Assembly: GCA_977030845.1 (NCBI GenBank)
Contig: OZ365111.1
Coordinates: 13,516,001-13,580,000, forward strand
Direction: 5' to 3'
DNA from: Fimbriosthenelais zetlandica
Taxonomy: Eukaryota
DNA: 64,000 nucleotides
How positions within the stretch are numbered: position 1 is the stretch's first letter; each line of letters starts with the position of its first letter. The translations under genes were made by a program, and so were the position numbers. Below the pieces are notes generated by a model. The model worked only from the letters and a program-made list of their open reading frames with translations, did no database searches and was not told the origin of the DNA. Below are positions 50,601 through 59,700 of the stretch, in pieces.

Positions 50601-53600
50601 CCTGGCTGAACTCGGGGAGGTCATAAATAGGGGGGAGCAACACATTCCTATTGTACAGGACCAGCCTCTTGCACCTGTCACAGTATTTAGACAATTCTAT
50701 CAGGATTATAACAGGTCTGGGCAGTGGACCCCCATTGCATTATTATTAACTCTTTAGGCGACATTTGGTCGGCAGCAGACCTCTGGGGATGTAATTTGTG
50801 TCTGGCAGACCCCCGGACATAGAGGGTTTAAGTTGAAGGGTTATTTAGGTGCTGCTTGAGTGAACCTACCCCCCTGAAATAAACCAGCAGGCTATTGTTA
50901 AAGTGCTTATCATAGAAACCTGTCAACTTTCCATAAATCTGAGGCCTTCAACGTAAATCTTTATAATATGTACTGTGTATTGTGTTGTCAACTGATGAGG
51001 ATGTTTTATATGAAAATGATAAGACAGGTCTAAACTCTATCAGTGAGAAATCAAGATTTTATGTCGTGTAAAGCGGGGCTATAACTGATTTTATATGGCT
51101 TTACTATTGCCACCCATTGGAAAAAATGCATCTCACGTTCATATATGAGCAATAGCACAGGGACCATTCAAACTTAGCAATTCAGATTACAGAAGATGTG
51201 CTAGGAGCTAAAGTCTTCATAGCACTTAAAGGATCATTAAATTTCATTTCTGAAGGTCGGGGTGGCGGCTGTGGAGAAAAGTGTATGAATGGGAAGATGT
51301 TTGCCATCCTTCTGCCCCCAACAACTGACATGGATCTAGGTCAAAAAGGGGGAAAAGAAATCCCTCTGTAATTATACTATACACTCACAAAGAACTTCTG
51401 TTTGGACACGTTCTCTACGGAAAAAGAAGCTGAAAGCTGCCTGAATATTGCCTTGCCTCCCGTCTTTTTAATTGATTTTTTTTTCTCTTATTTTGAGTTT
51501 CATGAGGAGAGAAACAAAAAAAAAGTCGGATAACTGTCATTCACAGCTGGTTCATTCATGCCATAAACCGACTTGTATTCCATTCATTTATTGGACGGGG
51601 TATTTCTTATTCTTCTCAGCTTAAAATGCCAATTTATGGTCAAAAGAAACAAAAATATATCAGTATGGAGATTAATGTTTAGAGCAAACCCAGTATGAAC
51701 ATTCCTCAATAAAAGTTAATGTTGTGGAATCCAGTATAAAATGCTGGCCTCACTATTCAAGTATTGCCCTATTGGAATCATCTCTGCTATCATGAGTGTA
51801 TTGCTATCTGGATTGAGCAAACAGACATAAAAACGCCTCAAGTCCTCTCCTGGGATCAAGTGACTCTTCTCTAAAAGCTTACCCCTACAATGTATAAACT
51901 GGGTGATGCCAAAAACTAGAGATGCCATATGTCTGGCCCTGGCCATTTGAGAGGGCTGTATGTATCTAGCCTTGTGGCATATATTCATACATCAGTGTCC
52001 ATGAAAAGCGGGTATTTTTTTCTCCATGGACAGCAAAAGGTAAGGTATTCTCAATGGCATAGTGAATTCTATATTTCAAGTGTAACAATGAAGGGCGCTT
52101 GAGATATATATTCCGCTGTATTTTTTTTTCTTTCTTAGGAGTTTTCATAAAGCCTTTTTGAAGTGAATTAAAATTCCCCTCTCCATAAAACTCAAAAAAA
52201 GGATCTTTAACAGTTAGTTCTCAACTTTATACATTTAATCATTCATTGAAAATGAATAAATAAGTCTTAGTGCTTTCCAGCTAAAAAAAGAGAGCATTCT
52301 ACAGGAATTATCATATAAATTATCTGAGGTAATCAAAACCAGAATTACTTCACATTTTGAAAAAATATCAAAATACTTAAAAATATACCTATCATTAGTA
52401 TCAACAAACCAAGAAAACAAACAAACCTCTACTAGGTATTAAATTCAACTACATGTTGCAAATTATTTTCACTATAATAATTTTTTTTTGTGATGTTACC
52501 AGTTTGTAAAATTATTCATAAATGGACAGTAAAAAATGAATCATAAAATGATATTTTTAGACCTGTAAGGCCGTATTAGCCTACTGCCACATTAAATTTG
52601 TCTTATCTTTCTGAATTCTGTCTAAAGCTAGTGGGAGGTCACAGCAGAGGTGCAAAGCTCATAGGTCGACTGTCTATAGTCATCTGTTATATTTATACAT
52701 ACATACACAAACACTGGTACTGATAAGCAATTTCATTTGTTTTGGGAAAGAACCATTAAAAATATAAATATCGACTGACAATTGGCCTTTTATTTGCATT
52801 GGATGGCCCAGGCCAAGGCTGTATTCAGTAGACAAGAATCAAAACATGATCTAAGTCAGAGATGGAAACAATAATGAGAGTGGCCAGTTATTAATTCATA
52901 GAAAGCACATCATTTATGTGTACTGTGTCAAGCATACATATACCGGTATAATACACAACTTGGTTCAGACTATTCACTATTGACAGACATAGTAAAGGGA
53001 CTTCTTTTGCTACTCACCTCTCTCCTCCACAGGGGACCACTATAGACATCCAACAACATCCAACCTCCAGCTGACTATCTAACCTTCTTTATCACCGTAA
53101 CTGACGTTAAACTCACACAAAACACTCTCAGCGTTTCTTCTTAAAGCTTCCACAGTTTCACGAGTAAGCACAAGTCTATCCGTGCATTAAATCAGTGAGA
53201 AAACAACATTTAAGTGGCATGTTGTGTAGGACCAGACTCCATTCAGCGGTGATTCTGTCGCACTGGTCCAAGCAAACTTTAGCCGCGTGGGGATCTCCAA
53301 CACAGAATGCTGACGCCGCTACAGTGCGTCTCTGGTATCGGCGTGCGGTGAGGAGGAGAGGCGTTCTGGTGGAGATTTCCACTGTCCACTTATCGTGGTA
53401 GCCGCCTCCCACTATCTCCTCCAGCACACTAGGGACACCTAGTATGTTTCTCGTGCACTACTAATTCTATTGTTTTAGGAGACCGCCACTGAGGGCGTTG
53501 CTGTAGCTTTACATGGGAAATCGGGGAGATTTCAACCACGTTTCAACCACGATTTCAAATAAATTTCCTCACATAAGATAGACGAAATAAAATAATTTGT

Positions 53601-56600
53601 TTCAAATTATAAATATCTTTACAAATTTAGAAAAATATAGGTCTTTTGGGAGACTTTTTATATGGGATTTTTGAGATGCGTAATTCCTCAGGATTCCTCA
53701 TGACACAGCCTGAATGACATATCAGTTAACATTTCTGAGATATGGTACCAGGAGGCACAAATAAATTTTCCTACCTAAATATAAGCTTAGATGCATATGG
53801 AAGTTTAGAGTACGATATCGATAAGTTGAGATATATACCGGTAGGTCTATATTGAGAGACATGATCAGTACCCGCATTACAGGCAGTCGATAATAAAAGC
53901 CCATATAGTTAGAGATATCTAGAGATAATATGTCACTATCTATCCTTATAATATCATTGTTTACCAGAAAATATGTAGTAGGGCCTAATAAATTGGAAAC
54001 GTGACTACTTAGCTAAGGGTTCGCGAAAATAGGCTATAATCTATATTAGGCGACTTTTTACATCATGTATATGTATGAATGTTAAAAAATAAACATAAAA
54101 ATCATTTTTAAATATTTCCCTTATAGTTTCTATAGAGCTAAACCACTGCAACCATGGGTCTGTGGGAGAAATCATAACAAGAAACATAACGAAAATATAA
54201 GCACATCCAGGCTAAATCCCTAGTGGAAGGAAAAGGCGGAATATTATCAGTTCCTGGGTTTGATTATTTTCTGGCCAAATCACAAAACTCTAGAGGAGGT
54301 AATTCTGATATTTTTTGTATCGTTGGCAGAAGTAACATCTTGTGTGGCACTGTGCCTCCAGTAAGAGAAGCTCACAGCACCCTACCTCTCCACGTGTCAA
54401 ACATCAAAGTTGCCATGACAACGCACAGTTTTGATCACAAAAAATAGGCGTGGTAGCTGCGCAATTCACGTGTCGCCATCGGTGGGGTAAGAAAACTTAA
54501 GACACCCTGGTGCAATGGGCCAAAGTTTAGACTGAGGGGAAGGGTGTGCCCATAGGCTTCTGCTTCTACCCTAAAATATTTTGATAGAGAAATATCTCTA
54601 TAAATATTCTCTACAGAGACATATCCTGTTATTAATAGGCATACAAAATAAGTCTCATTCTCATAAAATTCGTAAAGTCAAAAATATAAATGGTTTGGAT
54701 AATGATAATTATCTGATACATTAGACACATCATCGCAGAATTGTATTGAGTAAATTTTATATTTAATATTTTATCATCTGAACGGCATATCTAGGCCTAA
54801 GTTTAGTCTTTGTTTCATGTATGTATACATGTATTTTTGCATGTAGTGTCCATCATACTCCATGTTTATGTTTTTTTCATCCAAGCCTGGAAATGATGAT
54901 ATAAATTGAAAGATAAATGAGATTTATAATGCAACACAGGTAAGATTAAGCCTAGTACTGGAAGAAAATATCAGTTGCACCAACTGATGTAATCACATCC
55001 ATCTGTGTCCTATTAAAATAAGGACATGCAGAGTAACTCACCATGCTTAAACACTACCACTAATATCAATCCATCTACATCATCCATCTGTCATTCACAT
55101 CAAACTAAACATGTCAAAACTAACGGAACCAAAATGCAAACACTTAAAATTGTATACTCATTTACATGTTGCATTGGCTCCATAACTGATTCTTATATTG
55201 CTAGATCAAAACTTTCATTAATTATACTTCTTTACTGGCCAAATTAAAAAAATGTATTTCCATGGATCGTTTTCACTTTTGGCTCATTTACCTTTAGATT
55301 TTTACTTTTCTTTCATTTTAGTTTTCAATGTGCTGGGCTTGGGGATTTTTTATTTACTCTTTTTTTCGCGGTCGCGCGCGCCTCATCGATCAAAAGAAAG
55401 GCTGAGGAGTAAATGTGTAACATGTGAGCGTGACATGAACTCATGGATGTTCATTTCTTGTGAAATCTTCAGTGGAAACAGGCGAACCAGGGTGGCTTGA
55501 CGCGTGGCTAGATCTGATAGACGGGGGAAGGTCACGCCAACTGTCCCATACATTCATATACCACAGAGGAGGCTATAATGACCAAAACATAGGGCGACAC
55601 AGACCTTCAAAAGCCATGGGCATCAGAGAGGTTTTCTATACAAAACAAACAGGTTTTCAATGGGCTTAGAAGACTTTAGAAAATAGCAGAGAGACTCAAT
55701 GGAAATAGTGAGTCATTAGGGCTACATTATTTTGTTTGGTTTGTTTACAATTTATATAATTTATATGAAATATAAAATGTTTTATTTTGATAATATTTGA
55801 CCTTGAGGTAATTTTATATGGGAAGCCCACGTAATGGCCAAGGTTAAGCCAAGGTCGTCACACATCTCGCTTGAGGGTCATGTACAGGGCATTATTAGTG
55901 GGTAATTATCTCTACCATCTCCAACACATACCTGCCTATAGACTAAATCTTCAGGTGTCTTTACCTGGGGCCTCCTACTGGGCCGCGCTAGACAGTGGAA
56001 AATTGGACGGGCAGAGATGAAGAATGAATGGGCCTTCAACCCTTACTGGAATGACCCGGAAATGAGGGGTAAATGACCCCTAGTAAATCAACTTTGACCC
56101 TAGCACCAAGTCGATGGTTGTAAGACACGCCATGCGTTTTAGTTTTAAAAATCTGAGATCATTTTACAACTCTCCATAAAACCTGAAATACTCCACATCA
56201 TTTTCAGTTTCAATTATGGGATATGAACATCTGTTTTATAACAAGCAGGTTTATTTCCCATTTTCTAAGTGTTTTGATTCGGAGGAACAGTGTGTTTCCC
56301 CTAATTTGTGTACAACTTTTGACCTCCACAAATAAAGTATCAATGTATACTTTCACGAGAAAAATATAATATAATCACAAATATGTACCCAAAATATTCA
56401 AGCAAAGTTAACTTTTCCGGAAGAACACTCACCAAAAAAGTCTTCCCATTTCATGCTGGCTTGAAGTGGTCGCAAGGAATTATCATTCTCTTCCTGGTTA
56501 CCAGCGAGCCTGTCCTCCTCGGCCTCTGATATCCTCTCAAATGCCATGCCTCTCCCCAGACTGTTGTCATTCTCAATACTTATCTTATGATGAGAGGCAT

Positions 56601-56685
56601 TGTCTTTATCTCTCGAGAGAGGAGGGGCGTCAGAAGCAGTAGTCCCACCTCCTTTGAGTAGCATGATGCTTCGTGATTTCAACAT
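2594..56685 (-). CDS. PLEKHG1: Spliced gene model: PLEKHG1/2/3-family RhoGEF (DH-PH plus long disordered C-terminal tail), 12 coding exons, 1770 aa. Exons: 56433-56685, 17426-18255, 9193-9293, 8838-8954, 8428-8578, 7866-8069, 7169-7285, 6861-6956, 6493-6739, 6136-6149, 5866-5964, 2594-5677
   Basis: All introns are GT-AG, and the exon lengths (253+830+101+117+151+204+117+96+247+14+99+3084=5313 nt) give one uninterrupted frame. DH hallmarks: SYIDKVVAEILETERTYVHDL, LFGNIEQI, YSDYCTNYP, LPLGAYLLKPVQRILKYHLLLQ, HINEMKRQHEHALRLQ. PH hallmarks: [34 protein letters not shown]. From memory these match human PLEKHG1/3 closely. The symbol denotes the family (probably a single invertebrate co-ortholog). 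The choice of first exon is the least certain part. Confidence 0.9.
5866..5964 (-). CDS. 99-nt exon (SEGSPRLSPRVQRRRSDSAVPRETMRRLIEKQK)
   Basis: TTTTCATTACAG|AGT ... AAG|GTAGGG; phase 0/0; open only in the frame set by the microexon. Confidence 0.85.
6136..6149 (-). CDS. 14-nt microexon (TTTTGACTAGACGA; encodes V-L-T-R-R with the preceding G)
   Basis: Long pyrimidine tract TTTTCTCTTTCTTTTCTTTTGCAG| and a consensus |GTAAGT donor. It converts phase 1 to phase 0, exactly as needed to join the next exon in frame. Confidence 0.8.
6493..6739 (-). CDS. PH C-terminal helix and basic post-PH segment ([21 protein letters not shown]...PQYLEKKKRRKSVTSVLS)
   Basis: TTCATTCAG|GCC ... TCTG|GTGAGT; 247 nt, ends in phase 1. 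Confidence 0.9.
6861..6956 (-). CDS. PH-domain exon ([32 protein letters not shown])
   Basis: CTTTTTTGCAG|TGT ... CAG|GTGAGT; 96 nt. Confidence 0.95.
7169..7285 (-). CDS. PH-domain exon (ETFKMHGAKGDRHLILFERGLLIAKRKEDSGLLLKDCIK)
   Basis: TTCTTTTTCAG|GAA ... AAG|GTTTGT; 117 nt; resembles the R-x-L-F-L-F...K-K PH strands of PLEKHG proteins. Not in the ORF track. Confidence 0.9.
7866..8069 (-). CDS. End of DH domain, linker and start of PH (NLLPHMKP...HINEMKRQHEHALRLQELQ...YGDLVKE)
   Basis: TTCTGCTGTAG|AAC ... GAG|GTATAT; 204 nt, phase 0/0. Confidence 0.94.
8428..8578 (-). CDS. DH-domain exon (ALEVLKNVMED...LPLGAYLLKPVQRILKYHLLLQ)
   Basis: TTTTACAG|T ... CAG|GTATGT; 151 nt; canonical PVQRxxKY DH motif. 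Confidence 0.96.
8838..8954 (-). CDS. DH-domain exon (LFLTQLEGCQQDAVRLAQCFVDNNEGFVIYSDYCTNYP)
   Basis: CACCAG|G ... CCTGG|GTAAGC; 117 nt; YCTNYP motif. Confidence 0.95.
9193..9293 (-). CDS. DH-domain exon (GYLYEFRGNSPHEMDKAEVDALFGNIEQICNFN)
   Basis: TTTACAG|GGC ... AATAA|GTAAGT; 101 nt; LFGNIE motif. Not reported in the ORF track. Confidence 0.93.
12100..12172. repeat. Purine-rich GGAA/GGGA simple repeat
   Basis: Read directly from the sequence. Confidence 0.8.
17426..18255 (-). CDS. Shared exon 2: Ser/Thr-rich N-terminal region and start of the DH domain
   Basis: Acceptor CTCTTGTCCTTTCAG|GT and donor ATAAAG|GTAGGT. 830 nt, phase 1 to phase 0, ending ...MSYIDKVVAEILETERTYVHDLNEIIK. Confidence 0.93.
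20990..21110 (-). CDS. Candidate alternative first coding exon (MLESVRMSYKGRACSALVKGHIDYGLHCCSLDDKSWREFF-G)
   Basis: AAG ATG context, 40 open codons, TTT G|GTAAGT phase-1 consensus donor; ends in WREFFG, resembling WEDFFG of the 56433 exon. Confidence 0.6.
24645..24726 (-). CDS. Candidate alternative first coding exon (MEAVEECWLYKCLDNLTVEQVAELLYS-G)
   Basis: ATA ATG G Kozak context, 27 open codons, TCA G|GTGAGG phase-1 donor in frame with the exon at 18255; the peptide looks protein-like. Inferred from sequence only. Confidence 0.6.
28311..28371. promoter_or_regulatory. Cluster of three RFX X-box-like motifs
   Basis: GTCACCTTGGAAAC (28311), GTCACTATGGAAAC (28333) and GTTGCCATGTGAC (28359), compared with the consensus GTNRCC(N0-3)RGYAAC. 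Confidence 0.5.
31253..31298 (-). CDS. Weaker candidate alternative first coding exon (MARIHTVERMHGIRK-G)
   Basis: 15 codons, AAA G|GTAGGC phase-1 donor. Confidence 0.25.
35419..35566. mobile_element. Degenerate ~150-bp MITE (hAT-like CAGGGCTAGAAATTAA ... TTAATTTCAAGACTG ends)
   Basis: Imperfect TIRs are visible; no intact target-site duplication. Confidence 0.45.
35634..35666 (-). other. Candidate recursive splice site / 33-nt RS-exon in the 38-kb first intron
   Basis: Minus strand reads GTATTTTCCTATTTTTCAG|GTGAGTTTGTCTTCTATATATTGCAGGACCTAT|GTAAGT: a strong acceptor directly abutting a consensus donor, with a second consensus donor 33 nt later. Confidence 0.5.
37260..37462 (-). mobile_element. 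Partial hAT-like non-autonomous element (GGGTTCACAG...AAATCAGGGAAAA subterminal repeats)
   Basis: TTTTCCCTGATTT occurs three times next to a GTGAACCC end; the other terminus was not found. Confidence 0.4.
38671..38716. repeat. (GAAT)11 microsatellite
   Basis: Read directly from the sequence. Confidence 0.97.
39629..39955. repeat. Left subterminal array (CCACTGTT core; 23-bp unit CCACTGTTCCTGTCATAGTCTTG at 39881, 39904, 39927)
   Basis: Read directly from the sequence. Confidence 0.85.
40297..40448. mobile_element. Fragment of a TACTGTAAA-ended MITE nested in the CACTG element
   Basis: Ends ...TTTTACAGTA with internal TTCGCG/CGCGAAAT subrepeats typical, from memory, of small TA-inserting MITEs of marine invertebrates. 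The second terminus was not found. Confidence 0.4.
40813..41132. repeat. Perfect tandem duplication of a 160-bp unit (40813-40972 and 40973-41132)
   Basis: Base-by-base comparison showed no differences between the copies. Confidence 0.95.
42292..42666. repeat. Right subterminal array (about nine 23-bp units, CAACAGTGGCAAGTCGGAGACGC-like, 42361-42556)
   Basis: Unit starts at 42361, 42384, 42407, 42430, 42453, 42476, 42499, 42523, 42546. Confidence 0.9.
44778..45214. mobile_element. 437-bp PIF/Harbinger-type MITE
   Basis: TIR AGCGCGTGATCCACTTT(G/A)GCG at both ends, flanked on both sides by TTA (44775-44777, 45215-45217). GC-rich interior with repeated CCCGC(C/T)AATGTG and GCGCTAAGCCCCGC motifs. 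Confidence 0.85.
45340..45780. repeat. CT-rich polypyrimidine tract containing a degenerate 65-75-bp minisatellite
   Basis: CCTCCTTACTC anchors at 45467, 45542, 45609 and 45674. Confidence 0.85.
50458..50499 (-). pseudogene. Possible decayed RTE-clade LINE fragment (YELKCFRRISHLDW)
   Basis: Resembles the FEMKCxRRILxIxW motif downstream of RTE reverse transcriptase. The match is short with no supporting flanks. Confidence 0.25.
51883..51988 (-). CDS. Weaker candidate alternative first coding exon (MNICHKARYIQPSQ-MARARHMASLVFGITQFIHCR-G; second ATG at 51946)
   Basis: Open frame from the ATG to AGG G|GTAAGC, phase 1. Confidence 0.35.
54409..54422. promoter_or_regulatory. Near-perfect RFX X-box GTTGCCATGACAAC
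   Basis: Palindromic X-box match; function not shown. Confidence 0.4.
55042..55087 (-). CDS. Weaker candidate alternative first coding exon (MDDVDGLILVVVFKH-G)
   Basis: CAG ATG G, 15 codons, CAT G|GTGAGT phase-1 consensus donor. Confidence 0.3.
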
Positions 56686-56701
56686 AAGTGAATCAATCCA
56701 C
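56433..56701 (-). CDS. Distal N-terminal exon of the RhoGEF (ATG at 56685 or 56664; MLKSRSIMLLKGGG...SMKWEDFF-G)
   Basis: 84 open codons ending TTT TTT G|GTGAGT, a phase-1 donor matching the phase-1 acceptor at 18255. An upstream acceptor CTTTATCAG|G at 56701 has the frame open (W-I-D-S-L) before the ATG, so a further upstream exon is possible. Confidence 0.7.
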
Positions 56702-59700
56702 CTGATAAAGCCCCTACCGTCTCCCTCCGCATTGTGGATATATTAATGAATCCAGTGATATGTATTCACACTTTCTACGCATTTTCGTATCCAACTTATT
56801 GTCATTTCCATGTTCACGAGGAATAGTGAACAAATCTTTAATCAACATTTGATAATCTCTGTAGGGATTTTTATAGTGCAGTCTCTTATTCCATTATAGA
56901 TCGGGGCACTGTCTGAAATGTGAGTTGAAATGAGGATAAGTTTAGGAGCAACTCAGCCAGTATAGTAATGGTCAAGTTAGAGCTGCTCCATACTTGTGAT
57001 ACAATACATGGGTCTTGGATCCCAGCTTGGATCCCCGTCTCATATCGCCACTGAGTGAGTTGTCTGAATAGTGGTCTTACTATATGCTGAGAGCAGCTCT
57101 CGGACAGGCGGAAGTCTGATAGGTTTTAGCTATAGGCATGTATCCAGGCCTATTGTAGTGGCAGACACCCGTCTCCACCCCGCCTTATCAACCTTCTCCC
57201 AGACCATATCAGTCTCCACGTGTTTTTATAACAGCGGACACCCCCTGGGTGTTGGAAGCTTGTCAAAGCCTGCTGTGTTATGCCAATCACAATCAATACA
57301 GTGAAGCCATCGATAAGCCGGCCGACCACCGTATATAAGGCTGCCGTGATTTGAACACTTGTAATTTATTGCCGCGGGACATTCGGGTGTTTAGAATATA
57401 ATTGAATTATTGAATTTTTCTGAGAGGTGTATCACGATATGCATCATCCAACTTAGAGCAGTGCCTCAGAGCACTACTGTATGAAAAGCCAGAGAAAGGC
57501 CAAAATCCAAGACTAATTAAAAACTCCTGTTTAAGTAAGTTTTAAATACTTGAAAATTGCTATGCTTGATTGGCTTTAGCCAAGACAATGTCCTGTAAAA
57601 GGAGTTCAGACAGGTTTTGATTGTGAATCCAACAAGAGTTGCCAGTGGATAAATATTTTTCCTTTGGGCCATTTAAACATGGTTGTTTCCCGAGTATTCT
57701 GCACCAACTGGGGACGGTACAGATTCTAGTTTTCGACTCCTCCTCTTTCCACAGTACACGAAAGCAGTCGTCGTAGCAGCAGCTATACAAACAAAACTAC
57801 TTTTTCCATCCCTCCTTCCATCTCAGGAGAGAAAGTCTTTCAGGGCCTTACATTCCACATGCAGAGATTCCGTCAACACTGAGGGAGCTACTCGGAGCTT
57901 GTGTGAGTGAATGAGTGACTCTGGCGCGAGGCAGCTGACTTAATCTCTCACCATCTGATCTGGAGTCTCATTCTACAACACTCAATTGTGACTTAGAAAT
58001 AGGTCTTTATAAATCTTAATACACGAGACAGGGTGTTGATATTGATACTTCCTTCCTTGAGTGACATAACTAGGTATGTTATATCAAATGCGTATTTAAG
58101 TCCAAGACATACATGTATTTGGATCACCATGGATTCGTTCTGATACCAAAGTCCCGAAATCAGATTGAAAGGTTTTCAATCAATTCAAAAAAAGGTCCAG
58201 TTTTGAGCCAAGGTATTGTCATATTTCAGGGGCTTTCCTGCTTGGATCCACTGTGAGAAGGAATCCCTGTGCACTGAGAATAGAGAGTTCTCCGCCTACA
58301 TAGGTCGTCTGCCTGGGTCTTTTTAGATCCAAATGTGTCTCGGATTATGGCCATCCACTAAGGAGTTTTTTATCTCTCAGTCTGACCTCCATTCTATCAG
58401 TTTTTCCTCGGAGAAGACATGATCCAACATAGAAAGCCCATCATCAACATGATGTCATGATCCCCACACACCAGCTTAATTGTCCATAAGGCCAGCGAGT
58501 ACAATCAAATTATCTTATCTTACACGTTTATGTCCCTCGCTGATTTTCCATGGATGCCAACACCGCCAGAAATGGAGGCCAGCTCCAGAAATATTCCAGC
58601 CCCCAAGACAACGGAACAGTTCCCATCACAGCACACAGGAATAGATCTGAGATAAGTAGTTGGCACTGATGTGGGGGTGCACTACTTGTATGCGCCTTGT
58701 ATTCCATTAGACCATGTGCAGCACCTTGGTTTCCCTTGTTCTACAATGTTCCCTCATGCTATGACCCCATATGCAGCCTTTTCTTATCCTCTTTGATATC
58801 GGCCAAAAGCCCAGAAGAACTATACTGTTCCTTTCAAATCTCTAACCAAAGTTGCATTTCCTCATATTTCTAGATGAACTATATTCTCAATTCATTTGTA
58901 TAGAAAATAATAATTAGGCCCTATTTCTTCCAAACAATGTTTAATTCAGTAACTAAGGTTATATGCGGTCATTGGGGGTCGGAATGGTTCGAATCACAGG
59001 GTCGAGTGACACGGGACAAATATCACTTTAACATGTTCTCTGCTCTTTACCCGGCAGCAGCATCGTTCCTCTTTAATCTAAAACACGACAATATTTATGT
59101 TCCTCCTGGGTAATCACTTCATATCTTGATCATATATAATGCCAGTCTCCTCTCTCCATTTAAATATTTCCAATTAATTCCTGTCCAGTGCCTGTAGTTT
59201 TACTATCCTGGAGTAGAATTATCGATGAATATTCAGGATAGTTTTGGTTGATAAATAACCATGTACTGGATTTATACTCATTGCAAACGGACTGACAGAC
59301 CACTATAACTGCCACCAAAACTTCTATAGGGATGCTTAGCACTCGAGGTCTTCATATATACTATTCACTTAAATCAGTAAAAAACTAACTTTCATTTTAT
59401 CTCAGAGCATTATTTCACATTCAGGATGAAAACATCCTGATGCAAAACTGACTGTGATGACATAATCCATGCCCCCTTACAAAGTATTGAATGTGACGGG
59501 TTTAACCAATAGTTTCCCTTTCATTGATCACGATATTTTTAGCAATTCATACATAATTGTATTCTCCATCCCCCGTGGGGATACCCGCATCAATAAGTCA
59601 CACACCCTGGTTTGTATTACGATAAGCGTGCATACCACCAAAAGCTGTTATCCCGGCCAGATAACCCAAACAAATACAACAATTATCCTTCTTGTCTTCT

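Noticed and set aside
50746-50831. TTAA-bounded short element (piggyBac- or Kolobok-like), and TTAAAGG starts at 33155, 34450 and 51226
   Set aside because: The terminal inverted repeats could not be paired convincingly.
53465-53485. GCCACTGAGGGCG, a CTCF-like motif
   Set aside because: One base short of the core consensus spacing; not supportable.
58960-59020. GGTTCGAATC, a tRNA B-box-like motif
   Set aside because: No A-box, cloverleaf or acceptor stem was found; at most a decayed SINE head.
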